A DNA stretch of 64,000 bases from Eledone cirrhosa (GCA_964016885.1 OZ024742.1:133610001-133674000); one strand, 5' to 3'; shown: positions 1-13,997, counted from the first letter of the stretch. A program made the numbers and translations. The notes: generated by a model not told the origin, from the letters alone.

Positions 1-9
1 AAATCTATA

Positions 10-40
10 ACACACACACACACACACTCACACACACACA

Positions 41-84
<44 letters not shown>

Positions 85-140
85 TACACACACACATACA
101 CACACACCCATATATATATATATATAAGTGTGTGTGTGTA
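10..140. repeat. (CA)n/(TA)n/(TG)n microsatellite, representative of dozens of such tracts in the window
   Basis: Dinucleotide runs are directly visible. They explain the HT-, CV-, YI- and LS-rich ORFs in the track. Confidence 0.98.
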
Positions 141-1334
141 CATCTGTGCGTTGAATGAATACAAACAGGGTGAGCAAAGAAAACGGAGCCCATTCACTTC
201 AATGAATATTATTCATGTTATATTTATTGGAATCTGAAACCACCACATTAAGTGTCTGAGAGTTTCTCTGTTCCGAATATTTACAACATAATTCTAAGAT
301 TGGTGCAGAGAAACTCTGTGTTTTGGGTTGTCCAACTTACATCTCTCAAACATTAACAGTTTATACAATAACTTATTCACATTCTGGAATGTTAATCATC
401 ACAGATCAGGTACATTTCAAAGTATTCCTTTACCACTGTGGGTATCAGTAAGAAAATATATAATAATGTGTATATCGTATATCTATTAATAGCAGAGCCT
501 CAACCGAGTACTAAAAGAGTGAAAGAGTATTTATTTCATTCATCTCGACTATGTTTGATTAAAATATATCAGTAACTTACCCACTCTCACACATTGCATT
601 TCTTCCATGTACTGTGCCGCTTATGTTGTCATTTTTTTTATTATTTTTTCAGATTATACATATATACGTTGGTAAAAATCAGTAGATGAAAAGTCAAATA
701 AAACAGTGCTCAATCTATTGAAAGAGAACTTATTTTGTATAAACGAATTTCCATACACTTAACATGTATATGCTGCAATTCATTTAGGAGTACAGTCATG
801 GCCACCACTGTCTATTGTAGAAGGCACTTTTAAGCTGGCCCTTCATTCGAGCACGTGAACTAAAATATGAAAAGAGAAGTGGTTATCCTTCGACTAATTC
901 TTTCAACGAATCGTGGAGATTTATATATTTGAAACAAAGGAGGCAAATCTTGTTTGAAATCTGTCTGCAGACAAATTTTTAAAAATTTCTATTTTTTTTT
1001 TTTTTTCCTCTAATGCCCAAGATAGGTGACTCTTCAATTTATCAGGTATTTTGCATGTAGTTAAAATGATTAAGTTAAGTACTTATATATATATATATAT
1101 ACGCGGGCACACTCACACTCGCATACACATAACACATTATTAAAGATTTTAAATTCATAGAAATGTATTTGCACGCACATGTGCGCTCATACATATATGC
1201 ATTTGCACACATCTGTACAGGTAATTATATATGCATACATATAAGTATATACATTCCCCCCCCCCCCACACACACACATACACACACACACGCACACGCA
1301 CACACGCATATATATATTTATATATATATATATA

Positions 1335-1796
1335 TATTAATAAAGGATCGGACGGAGGCGCCATATTCAATTGATTCAGGTTTATTTAAATCTCGCTTAT
1401 ACCTTGAGGACTATCAGCTATGACAGCTTGAACTCTTCAGATGGCAAGACCTAAAATAAACATTGAAAGTTCTTTAAAAAAACATTTTAAATTTGGAAAA
1501 ATCGAATAATTTCCGCGAAAAATAATTTCTTTAAATGATACAGGGTGCCGGCTGAACGTGTGGTGTTGTTTCTTTGACTGCCAGTCACTGTACCATGAAA
1601 AGACATTTTTTTGGTGGGGAATTCTTGGATTTTTCCAAATTTAAATATTTATTAGGATCTTTCAATGTTTATTTTAGGTTTTGCCGTAGGAAGAGCTCAG
1701 GCTATCATAACTGATAGTCCTTAGTGAAATATATATAACGGAGATTTAAGTTAAACCTTAATCAACTGAATATGGCCTCCGATAAGTTATTAATAT
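1335..1796. mobile_element. Fold-back HHR-bearing non-coding element, family A
   Basis: 1335-1545 is an imperfect reverse complement of 1585-1796. Related copies lie at 44873-45110 and 55945-56165. The left end abuts (TA)n. Confidence 0.8.
1684..1741 (+). ncRNA. Degenerate type I hammerhead ribozyme (family A)
   Basis: ccgt-[AGGAAGA]-stem II (gctcaggctatca/tgatagtccttagt)-GAAA-TATATA-TA-acgg. The antisense arm (about 1392-1445) keeps CTGAAGA but has lost GAAA. Confidence 0.6.
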
Positions 1797-2420
1797 GTAA
1801 TGCTCCGTCTTTCACCATTTATACAGGTCATTGTGCACTTCTTTTTTATCGGCTTCACAATTGACATCTCTGTTAAGGTGAAAATCACATAACATCAGCA
1901 GATATTTACGTACCCGGGCTGTTACACTCATCTGCAGGTGGCCCAAGTCGTAAGACAGGTCTATACAGTGTCTGTTAGCCGTTACCACTGAACAAGGAAT
2001 CCAGTAATTTTTTTGGCATTCTTACACGCTGGCTCTAATGAGAAAAAGGAAAGAATTTACACGTGGTTTGGCGGTTGAATTCAAACAAAGGAATTCGTGC
2101 CAAACAAAGGAATTCGTACCAAACAAAGCACTCGACAGGTTTAGCCGCATATACAAATATACACATAGCGAGGTGTATGCATATATCCATATATATAAGC
2201 AAATAATCACTGATTTGTGATACAAGTTGAACATTCAATACTCAAAATTTATATATACATATATATATATGTGTGTGTGTGTGTAAGAGTGTGTGTGTGT
2301 GTGTGTTTCGGTGTTGTTTTTCATAAGAAGAAAAAGACCGCAACCTTTATCACATACCAAATACATAGTCTTTTAGGGATTTTGCAATAGTATGTTTTAT
2401 TATGTAATTGAAATATGGAA

Positions 2421-2577
2421 AATAATTGTTTCTACTTTTTGCACAAGAGCACCAATTATCCAGTACATTACTGGTACTTTATTCTATCGACCACGTAAGG
2501 GGATGAAAGGCAAAGTTGACCGCGATTGGATTTGAACTCATACCGTAAAGGGACGTAACTATGCTAGAAAGCATATG
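2421..2577 (-). mobile_element. tRNA-derived SINE, short variant, 5' truncated
   Basis: Matches the window's multi-copy SINE; B-box-like gagttcaaatcc on the minus strand. Confidence 0.85.
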
Positions 2578-3896
2578 AAAAAAACAAAAAAAACATGAAA
2601 AGTAACAAGACATACATGAAATAAGGAACGGGATAACCCTGTGTGTGTAAAACCGGATGTTCAGTAATTTTCCGATTTCATTATAGGAAACTACTATTAT
2701 ATTGTTTACAGGGAGCATCATCAGTTTTCTGTCCACCATATTTTGCTCAGAATGTCTAACAATCGTTTCAATGCATATGTCGTCAGACTCTGATTTTGGG
2801 TTATGTTCCGTGAAAACATATCCATGTTTCGCATGGTGAATTGAAATGATCATGTAATAGAAAATATACAAATAAACAATATTTCAGGCAGCTCTCCTAA
2901 TATGGGTGTAAATTGATGCGTGACGGTTAACTTAATAAAACGAGTAAATGAAATAAATATTCGAGGCTGCTTCAATTGCTCTAAAACGACTGTTTCAAGA
3001 GAAAGATAGTGAAACTTCTGAAAGAAAAATGAGAATGAATAAGTGATAAATAAAATCAATCCGCAACATTCACTTAAACTTGACTTCATTAGTGACATCA
3101 GTGAATTGAATGACCTAACCTCGACAATTGAACGCTATATCCTGCAATATCGTACACTAATTACCATGTTTCAGGAATATATGACTAAGAAATACACGTT
3201 GTGCTGTGATATATTAACATCATAATAAACGTTAGAAGGTTCAGCATGAATTAGACGATTTTAATATTTCTATAAAGCTGGAACATCTGCCGTTGCACAA
3301 TGTCATAAACATGTCATAACTATTTATACGCAATACGGTACGTACTGGATACATTCTAACATAGAATTTGACAGGGGAACATTAGATAATGAGGAAAAAC
3401 AAGGCTTCATTAGAAGGATAGCATTTTAATATTAACACAAAATTGAACAGCCTGGAGGCATTCTTGTGAGAATGCAACAGAGATGGGATTAACCATGTAG
3501 TCAACACAGCATGTTACAATAAATGAAGGCATATGGTAAGCAGCAATTTTGTGTTTGTTAATCTGACAGGACGCCGTATTTCGAAATGTTGGTCAAAATT
3601 ACAATCTCCACCACTGACCTTATCTTAAAAGGAAAACTGTACAAACACTTCAGTTAGCGTGTATCGGCAGCTTTTCTTGAAAGCTTCTCTTGTCCAAAGA
3701 AGTGAAAAATTAGAATTCGAAAACAGAATGAAGAAAATAAGAAAGTTAAGACACAATCAGAACCCAATGAGAGACAACGTGTTATATTGACAAACAACTC
3801 CGAATGTATTCCACTGCTACCATTTTACCGTTAATGGTATGATGGTAAACACAGGTGCGTGCACTTGTGTTTTGTTTTTAATTATTCTCCGTCATT

Positions 3897-3980
<84 letters not shown>

Positions 3981-4214
3981 TTGCGAGGTTTTTTACATGA
4001 ATTCGTGTGTCGAAACAAATATTGTTATACTTGGGGAGTGTCATATTTGTGTAATATTGCCAGAATTAATAACAGAACACACTCACTGTTTGGTTGGTTT
4101 TCGCTTCTCGCTGTCTTTTATATCGGTAATCTAACTTACTCGGTCCTTTCCCACAATACCATGAAAAGGTTGGCAACATCACCAGCTATGCTGACGCCGA
4201 TGGCTGCTCCCTCA

Positions 4215-5141
4215 CACTATGCTAAACCCATGGCCTCCAAATACCTGATACTAAAAAACTAAGCAATGTCCAGTAGTGCTAAGTTTAATATTCTGATCGC
4301 AGATTTGGTACGAGTGATGAAGAATGTGTCCCGCATGTGCGAGCCAACAGAAATGGAAAGATACATCCAACACTTCATCAACCGCATGCAGTTCTCTGGC
4401 TACAACCAAAGAGACAGAGTCAGAGTATACGAAGGAGCCATGGAAAAGTATAAGACCCTCATAGAACTGGACAAGAAAGGAATTTGCCCATTATACAGGA
4501 GCAAATCATGGAATAGCTTAGATAGGGCTAGACATAAGATAGGGAAAGCCACCTCATGGTACGACAACCAGAGATACCAGGGTGTCATGTTTGTGGACGC
4601 CACCCCTGGAGGGAAATTAGCTAACCAGTGTAGAAAGGCCCTGAGAAAAACCTACTTAAACATAAAGGTGGTAGAAAAGCCAGGAACCACCATAAAATCC
4701 CTGATCAGCAAAACCTACCCTTTTAAGAAAACCCACTGTACCAATAGGAAATGTATCATATGTAAGGTGAACCCCCGGAAAAACTGTAAAACTAGAAACG
4801 TAGTCTATAGCATAAGATGCACAGAGGGTACTTGCAGAAACATGACAACAACATACATAGGTGAGACAGCTCGTAGCATAGGTGAAAGGATAGACCAACA
4901 CTGGGGGGAACTAAAAGGACGAAAAAACGGATCAGTACTATACGAACATGCTAGACAACAACATGACAGTAACATAGACAACATAGAAATTAGAATAATA
5001 TCTAAACATAGAAATGACCCAGCAGATAGGCAAATCAGAGAGGCCAGTGAAATAGAAATTAGAAGACCAAAACTAAACAGAAAGAATGAATTGAATAACA
5101 ACAACACCCAAACAAACAACACTGACCTAAGAGAAGTATAA
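4215..5141 (+). pseudogene. PLE ORF C-terminus: RT thumb/linker plus GIY-YIG endonuclease (Nematis-like by motif recall)
   Basis: HYAKPMAS...*AMS in frame across one stop (4260-4262); MFVDATPGG, KVVEKPG, Cys-rich linker, NVVYSIRC...YIGETARSIGERIDQH, EH..QQH, RQIREA, LN. The RT core is missing. Confidence 0.92.
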
Positions 5142-5373
5142 ATAAGTAAATAAAATAAGATAAATAAATAAATAAATACATACACAAGCACAATAACAAC
5201 AAGCACATAAACACACACTAGTCACCCATCACACAGCAAACATAACATTATACACACACGCAAACGCATGCGCAAAGAAGACGAAATAAAATAAACAAAC
5301 AAGCAAATAAATAAATAAATATATAGACAGACTGAATAAAAATGGCGTAGACATACAACACAACAGGAGGAAA

Positions 5374-5430
5374 ATATAACACCACTGACGATGTTGCAGA
5401 TGTGCAACGAAAGATTTATGATAAACTATA
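5374..5430 (+). ncRNA. Minimal hammerhead ribozyme in PLE 3' repeat
   Basis: CTGACGA-t-gttgca/tgcaac-GAAA-GATT-TA. Stem I is diverged. A homologue lies at 10583-10636. Confidence 0.75.
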
Positions 5431-5654
5431 TATATGTGTTTGTGTCTATATTGTATCTGTACTATTTTTGACCGTCGGTCAGTCAATGGCAACATTGAGG
5501 ACCGAGTAAGTTAGATTACCGATATAAAAGACAGCGGGAAGCCAAAACCAACCAAACAGTGAGTGTGGAAAAGCTTTTAATTAAGCATACAGTGTATTGC
5601 AAAATACACTATATATGCATTCATATATATATAGCTATTTCAGAGCACCAATTC

Positions 5655-5717
<63 letters not shown>

Positions 5718-5720
<3 letters not shown>

Positions 5721-6552
5721 ATATACAATATGTTGAAAAGGTAACACACCAGAGAGAGTTACAGTGCGCTATCAATAAAACAGGGGAAAACCACCAGCGT
5801 ATGGAATCTATAACCTATGAAAGGCAGAGTAGACACACGATAATTAAAAATATAAATTAAAGTGTAAATACATACCTCTATAACTATATAACACACATAC
5901 AAATCCAAAGAGATCTGTTTAGCTAGTAAGTTGTTGACAGAAATGAAATAACCCATAGTTCATCAGCGTTTGTAAGTCAGATAACTCTAAGAGAATTTAA
6001 AGCGACCGTCCAGCTACATGCGGGAAAGAGAAGTCACAGCGTGTTTAAGGGCAGTGAACCGGTGGCCTCTGAGAGGCGAGCTGCTAGAAAGGGCAGCCCA
6101 AAACCACTGAGAGTAGTGTGCTCAATCAAACAGAGCGAGAGGAAATACTGTTATAAGGATCGAAATATCAAGATAAATTAACGGAGCCATAGACTCTCGT
6201 CGTTCCCTGTAAGTAATGTGCTCAAAGGAGAGGAAATCCTGAGATCTGTAAAATACAATATGTTGAAAAGGTAAAGCACTAAAGAGAAATACAGTGCGCT
6301 TTCAATAAAACAGGGAAAACCACCATTGTATGGAATCTATAAGCTATGAAAGGCAGAGTAGACCCACGATAATTAAAAATATAAATTAAAGTGTAAATAC
6401 ATACCCTGTTTTATTGATAGCGCTCTATCTCTCTCTAGTGGGTTACCTTTTCAACATATTGTATTTTAAAGAGCTCAGGATTCCTTCTCCTTTGAGCACA
6501 TTATTGGCAGGGAATAACGAGAGTCTATGGATCCGTTAATTTATCGTGATAT
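5718..6552 (-). mobile_element. Non-coding PLE-like unit with direct and inverted terminal repeats
   Basis: 5723-5876 repeats at 6253-6405 (offset 530). 6405-6552 is the reverse complement of about 6165-6313. Both ends lie in (TA)n. Confidence 0.8.
5895..5977 (-). ncRNA. Degenerate hammerhead ribozyme
   Basis: Minus strand acttacaaacg-CTGATGA-acta...tagc-TAAA (GAAA mutated)-CAGATCTC-TT-tggatttgtatgt. Confidence 0.55.
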
Positions 6553-6619
6553 ATAATATATATGTATATATATATATATATAGAGAGAGAGTTATGTAAT
6601 ACACAACATAAGGTAATTA

Positions 6620-6680
6620 TTTCATTTACCAGTGGTTTCTTGAAAGCAAACAAAATTTGCTTTCAATCATCAGAATGAAA
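6620..6680 (-). ncRNA. Type I hammerhead ribozyme, core intact
   Basis: tttcatt-CTGATGA-ttgaaagcaaa/tttgctttcaa-GAAA-CCACTGG-TA-aatgaaa. Confidence 0.9.
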
Positions 6681-6785
6681 AAATCCTGGTGTATTTATTG
6701 ACATTGGATTTTAATACACATATACATACATACATACATACATATATATATATATAGTTATGTAATAAACAACATGAGGCAATTA

Positions 6786-6844
6786 TTCCATTTACCAGTG
6801 GTTTCTTAAAAGCAAAAGATTTTGCTTTCAATCCTCAGAAGGAA
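6786..6844 (-). ncRNA. Type I hammerhead ribozyme, second tandem copy
   Basis: ttcctt-CTGAGGA-stem II-GAAA-CCACTGG-TA-aatggaa. Confidence 0.85.
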
Positions 6845-7015
6845 AAAATCCTGGTCTGTTTATTGAATTTGGATTTTAAAAACAAAAATGCAATCTATAT
6901 GAAAGTGAGGCTGGAGAAGGAAGAAGGAAAGGAAAAATAAAATAAAACTACACATGCAAACACACACACAAGAACACGCACACACACATACAAAAGCATA
7001 CATACACACACACAC

Positions 7016-7060
<45 letters not shown>

Positions 7061-7885
7061 CATACACTCATACATACACACACACACATATATACACACA
7101 TATATGTGTATATAAATACACACATACACATACATATACACATATATACATACGCACATAAATATCAACGCATCCATACATACACATACATATATACAAC
7201 CACACACACATATATGCACACATACATACACATAGAAACATAAATATAAATACATATACAAACACACATATACATACATATATATATATATACACATACA
7301 TATACATATATATATATGTGTACAAGCATACACATACACAAACATAGCCATACATACATACATATACATACATACATACATGCACACAATCATACATATA
7401 TACACACGTACATACATACACATACATAAATGCACTCCTCTACATATTCACACACGCAAATAAATATAAGAAAAAAAAAATATATATATATAAAAAAAAA
7501 ATGTTGACAGCGATACAAACGGCGGGTAGCTGGAAAGACACGCGTGGTAAGTAATACACACAAATGCACGTATACATACGTACGAAATAGTAAATACATA
7601 CACACACTCTCACACATAAATATACATATACAAATACATAAACACATACATACACATACACAAATACATGCACGCACACGCACACGCACACGTATACAAT
7701 TATACACACTCATATACACACACATATGTATATGTATATATATACACACACATATATATATACATAAAAAAAATACACACACACATATATATGTATACAT
7801 ACACACACACATATACCTACATAGCTATACAATTATACACATACAAATACGTACATATCATAAACACGCACAACCAAATACAAAT

Positions 7886-7940
<55 letters not shown>

Positions 7941-8053
7941 CACATATACATGTGTGTGCGTGTAAAACTCAGTCTTAGATAATTCATATGAACCTTACAT
8001 ATACATATATATAGTAGTAAAGTAATAAAGTAATAAGCAACATAAGGCAATTA

Positions 8054-8112
8054 TTCCATTCACCAGTGGTTTCTGAAAGGCAAAAAAAATTTCCTTCAAT
8101 CTTCAGAATGAA
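8054..8112 (-). ncRNA. Hammerhead ribozyme with cleavage triplet GUG (probably inactive)
   Basis: tttcatt-CTGAAGA-...-GAAA-CCACTGG-TG-aatggaa. Confidence 0.7.
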
Positions 8113-8462
8113 AAAAACCTGGTCTATCTACATATACATATATATTTGTATTTGTATAATTGTATAGCTATGTATGTATATGTGTGTGTGTATGTATACA
8201 TATATATGTGTGTATTTTTTTATTTTTATGTATATATATATATATATATATATGTGTGTATATATTTACATATACATATGTGTGTGTATATGTGTGTGTA
8301 TAATTGTATACGTGTGCGTGTGTGTGGTTGTATATATGTATGCGTATGTATGGATGTGTTGATATTTATGTGCGTATGTATATATGTGTATATGTATGTG
8401 TATGTGTGTATATATGTGTGTGTGTGTATGCATGAGTGTATGTATATATATATATGTATATA

Positions 8463-8500
<38 letters not shown>

Positions 8501-8663
8501 TGTGTATGTATGCTTTTGTGTGTTTGTGTGCGTGTTTTTGTGTGTGTGTTTGCATGTGTAGTTTTATTTTATTTTTTCTTTCCTTCTTCCTTCTCCAGCC
8601 TCACTTTCACATAGATTGCATTTTTGTTTTTAAAATCCAAATTCAATAAACAGACCAGGATTT

Positions 8664-8723
8664 TTTCATTCTGAGGATTGAAAGCAAAATCTTTTGCTTT
8701 TAAGAAACCACTGGTAAATGGAA
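8664..8723 (+). ncRNA. Type I hammerhead ribozyme, inverted copy
   Basis: tttcatt-CTGAGGA-ttgaaagcaaa/tttgcttttaa-GAAA-CCACTGG-TA-aatggaa. Confidence 0.87.
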
Positions 8724-8815
8724 TAATTGCCTTATGTTGTTTATTACATAACTATTAAGCTCTGTTACCTACATAGAGCACTCTTTTTTCCTGGACTTTT
8801 CCGACGGTATTACTT

Positions 8816-9328
<513 letters not shown>

Positions 9329-9604
9329 ATATAATTGTTCTGCATTCCCTTGCATAGAACCACAAAGGTTCTAAGGCATAACATATATATTTGCTAGCAT
9401 AGGTATACATCTGTATACATATGTTAGTAGATATACTAATTCTCTATATATATATATACATACATATACACACACACATACATATAAATACATACACACA
9501 CATGTTTGTGTGAAAAACACATTCTTAGACGTATTCATTGAACTTTGTTTAACTCTTAAACATATATATATATACATACACACACACATATATATATATA
9601 TAGA

Positions 9605-9830
9605 GAAGTGGTTATACAACAGTTAGTTCACCATACCGAGAACAATTGTTTCCCTTTCGTGGATCTTCAGCTGGGGATGTGTATGCTTATAGGAATAGGA
9701 AGGACAACTGTACGAACGCGCATTCGCAGAGACTCGGTCACTTCACACAGGCAATACTAGACTGCGTGCGGGAGGTGTAAGGGAGATAACTGCGAATGTT
9801 CGGAAAGTTTTTAGTTTGAAAATAAAATTA
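9605..9830 (-). mobile_element. PLE terminal-repeat fragment with HHR (9636-9674), same family as 56378-57000
   Basis: Minus strand ccag-CTGAAGA-tccacgaaagg-GAAA-CAATTG-TT-ctcgg. Clear similarity to 56382-56570. Confidence 0.8.
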
Positions 9831-10057
9831 TATATATATATATATATAAGAAAATACATAAATATTATATATATATAAAAATAAAAAGGTGAAAGGGGTA
9901 AACAAATAGTTGGGAATACGACAAATAATAAATAGATAAATAAACAGATAAGGGTATAAATGTTTGTAGCTGATTTAGAGCACTGAACAAGTTCCTTGAG
10001 GAAATAATCAATGGAAATAAGCATTGAATCACTCTCTATGTAATTATGCATATACAT

Positions 10058-10111
<54 letters not shown>

Positions 10112-10367
10112 GCACACATACAACCATACAAATACACACATATATACATACATATACATACATATACATATATACACACATACATACATATAGGAAAACA
10201 TATGACCCGGACGGCAGAGCTCAAGCCATTTCTGAGGCTATTATACACACATAAACATATATATAAAATATTAAGCTCTGTAACCTACATAGAGCACTCT
10301 TTTTTCCTGGACCTTTCCGACGGAATTACTTCATTTACACAGACATATATATATATATATATATATA

Positions 10368-10837
10368 TTGGAAGCTTTTCTTTATATGAAATCGTATGTC
10401 TAAACAAATATTGTTATACTTGCGGAGGATCGTATTGTTATAATATTGTCAGAAATAATAACAGAACACACACACTTGGTTTTCGCTTCTGAATCTTTTA
10501 TATATCATTAGTTAATTTCTTTAGCAATCGATGTTTATCATTGACTGACCAGCGGTTAAAAATACAGATATAAATGTAATATATAGTCTATCAAAGTTCT
10601 TTCGTCGCACATCTGCAACATCATCAGTAGTACTATTATGTTTCCTCCTATTGTATTGTAATATTTACGCCATTTTTATTTAATCTCTATTTTTAACCAC
10701 TGGTCAATCAATGATAAACATTTAATGCCAAATAAATTAACTATGGAGATATAAAATATACAGAAGCGAAAACCAACGGTACAATGAGTGCGTTCTGATA
10801 TTATTTCTGGAAATATTATAACAGCATGACTCTCCCC

Positions 10838-10838
<1 letters not shown>
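10368..10838 (-). mobile_element. ORF-less fold-back derivative of the PLE at 3978-5575
   Basis: 10368-10490 resembles 3978-4115. 10520-10676 resembles the reverse complement of 5338-5495. 10676-10825 is inverted relative to 10435-10575. Confidence 0.85.
10583..10636 (-). ncRNA. Minimal hammerhead ribozyme
   Basis: atagtacta-CTGATGA-t-gttgca/tgcgac-GAAA-GAAC-TT-tgatagactat. Confidence 0.75.
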
Positions 10839-10930
<92 letters not shown>

Positions 10931-12083
10931 ATGTATGTGTGTGTGTGTATGTGTGTGTGTGTGTGTATGTGTGTGTGTACAGGCATGTTCTACATACACA
11001 CGCTCATGCACGTACTCACAAATACACATACGGCAGAGGAAATGGCTTATTTATTTCTTCATAATTTGACCTTAGTTCAAATACCAACGATACTAACGTC
11101 ATATTTCATCCTTACGGAGCCAAGCAGTTTCCATGCAGTTATTCAGAACATGCCTGCGGTCCGAAAAACTCTTCCAACTTCCTTGTTACCCAATAATCAG
11201 ATTTCCCATGAAATATTAATTGCCAATGATCGGTTCCTAAATAGGTGCTACATATCAAACAGACCCGTACACATAAAGCAAACAGCATAAAACATACGCA
11301 GAAATGAAAACACACAAAACATCTAGACTCACGTCACATAATACCATCACGCAAATTGAAGTCGCAGAGTATAGTCACCACAATAATTCACACATATACA
11401 CATAATCAGACATATGCCCACAGACGACTTGTAATTATTAATACAGAAAACCACCAAATCTTTACTTATGCGACTCCATATTACAACAAGGCACAAATAA
11501 AGCAGTACGTACACACACTCATAAAAAAAAAATTACTCAAGTCACAATTAACAGTACTCTCCCACACATATATACATACATTCGACACTGCGTGAAATTG
11601 CACAACACACCTATGGAATATAACACAAACACTCCCCACTTTAATAGGGTAAAGAAGTAAAATCTAGTGCGTGTGATTAGTAAGGTGCTATTAAAGATGG
11701 CATGACGAACTGACATTAGTGTTAATATTTCACTGTAAGTGTTACACAAAAGGTGACTGAAAGGATTGCTTCGGATAGATGAAATAATGTGTTCATAGAT
11801 AATAAGGCTCCATGTTTTTTGCCCTTATATTACTTAAACCTATACGGATACGTGTGTGTATTCACCAAAGTTAACATCAGTACATATATTTTAAGTAATT
11901 ACATCTTTTACTGCACTGTGAAAGTGCTATTGTTGTGCGTCTGAAAAGTGTGTGTATATATATATGTGTGAGAGTAAACATTGTTTGTGTGTAGACTGTG
12001 TGTTTGAGTAGATGTGTGTGTGTGTCTTTCAGTAGAGAAATATATATATGATAGCGGCATAGATAAAATATCCAGATGACACG

Positions 12084-12168
<85 letters not shown>

Positions 12169-12497
12169 GCACACACATATACACACACACACACACACTC
12201 AGACACACACGCACACGCACACGCACTCAAACACACACATACACACAAACACATTCATCCTGACAGAATACCAAGCACTAGCACGAAAACACATATAAAT
12301 GTGCAAACCGAAACATCACATAGTTTCGATGCAACAAATGATTTTTTGTTTCAAATAAATTTGAAACTGCACACTCATATACGATACACTAGACAATTAA
12401 ATAAACAGATTGGCTGACAATGAGACAGACTGGTTGCCTGAGATAAAGAGATCGATGGGGAGTGAGTGAGATTTAAAGAGAGAGAGAGATGGAGAGA

Positions 12498-12540
<43 letters not shown>

Positions 12541-13321
12541 AATGAGGGAGAGGTGAAAAACAAAGGGAGTGAGAAAGAGTGAAAAAGTGAAATATATAGT
12601 ATGCGAAACAAATTATCGGTTTAAAATATATATATAACTCTTCATCCTAATTCACCTTTCATTTCTCTCTTTCTCTATCACAGTATATTTATATATATAT
12701 ATATGTGTGAGAGAGAGAGTGTGTGTGTATGTGCGTTTGTGTATGTTTGCGTGTGTGTGTGTGTATGTGTGTGTATGCGTGTGTGGAACAAAGAAACACA
12801 ACGAATAGAATAGCGGGGAATAAGCTCCAGATATAACCAATAGAGCCATTAAACATGGATAATTACATATAGGATTCCCTGTCATATTGTCTATATACGG
12901 GAAATCAACGTTACTATTACCAAACAGTTTGTCAACTATACCACAGAAAAGACAATGAAGCACGTTGAAGAATGAAATTTAACTTTTTCTTCTGTTGAAC
13001 AAACAACCATGACGCACGAATTATTACTGTAAAATTGGTGTGAATTTGGATGGTTAGTTGCTTTGGTATATGTGTAATACATCTTTCCGGCGTATAAGCA
13101 GATGTGAGATCGAAACACGGGAGTTAATCTCCTCTATTTTTCAGCATGTATATATATATATATATATATATATGCATGCTGAAAAATAGGGAAGTTTCAC
13201 TCGCATAGACGGTTGTGCCCCTTGCTTCTGCTGGACATCACCAGAGAGCGTTAGCCCCCCGGTGTTTGCATAGCTACAGCTTCCTAAAACCATATTTCTT
13301 TGGAGATACGAAATATTTTAT

Positions 13322-13399
<78 letters not shown>

Positions 13400-13400
<1 letters not shown>

Positions 13401-13997
13401 AATAATAATTGTCACAGGGCCAGCAAATATCCTAGTGCTTTGTACTGGTGCTTTATTTCATTGACCCCGAAACGATGGAAATCAAACTTAACCTCGGTCA
13501 GATTTGAACTCAGACTACAAAAGGCCGTAACTCTATGCTGCAAAACATGGCAGCCGACCCTCTACTGATACTGCCAATAATAATGGTTTCTTAAATAGGC
13601 ACAAGGGCACCAATTTTGGCGGCGGGGGAAGTTGATTAAATCGACTCCAGTGCGTGACTGGTAGTTTATTTTATCGACCTCGTAAGGATGAAAGGCAAAG
13701 TTAACTTCGACAGGATTTGAACTCAAACCACAAACGGCCGTTACTCTATGCTACAAAGCATGGCGGCCGACCTTCTACCGATACTGCCAATAATAATGGT
13801 TTCTCATATAGGCACAAGGCCAGCAATTTGGGTGGAGGGGGAAGTCGATTGAATCGGCCCTAGTGCGTGACTGGTACTTTATTTTATCGACCCAGTAATG
13901 ATGAAAGGCAAAGTTAACCACGGCGGGATTTGAACTCAGCTAATAAAGGGCCGTAACTCTATGCGGCAAAGCATGGCGGCCGACCCTCTACCGATAT
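13400..13997 (-). mobile_element. Three head-to-tail tRNA-derived SINE copies
   Basis: Units at about 13400-13577, 13578-13787 and 13788-13997, each with A-box-like tggcagtatcggtaga (diverged in some copies), B-box-like gagttcaaatc and an (ATT)n tail on the minus strand. Confidence 0.9.

Larger units (their letters stand above)
3978..5575 (+). mobile_element. 5'-truncated Penelope-like retroelement with inverted 5' copy of its 3' end
   Basis: GIY-YIG ORF and 3' HHR are present. About 4077-4147 is the reverse complement of about 5497-5567. Flanked by (TA)n tracts. Confidence 0.92.
6592..8752. mobile_element. HHR element with CA/TA-rich body: three same-strand terminal repeats plus one inverted copy
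   Basis: A roughly 120-bp terminus occurs at 6592, 6757 and 8030 and inverted at 8630-8752. 6757-7210 is inverted relative to 8320-8752. Confidence 0.82.

Noticed and set aside
2081-2129. 19-bp tandem repeat, about 2.5 copies
   Set aside because: Ordinary local slippage with no associated structure.
13400-13997. tRNA genes or a CRISPR-like array
   Set aside because: The units are dispersed SINEs with A/B-box-like motifs, no cloverleaf, no unique spacers and no cas genes.
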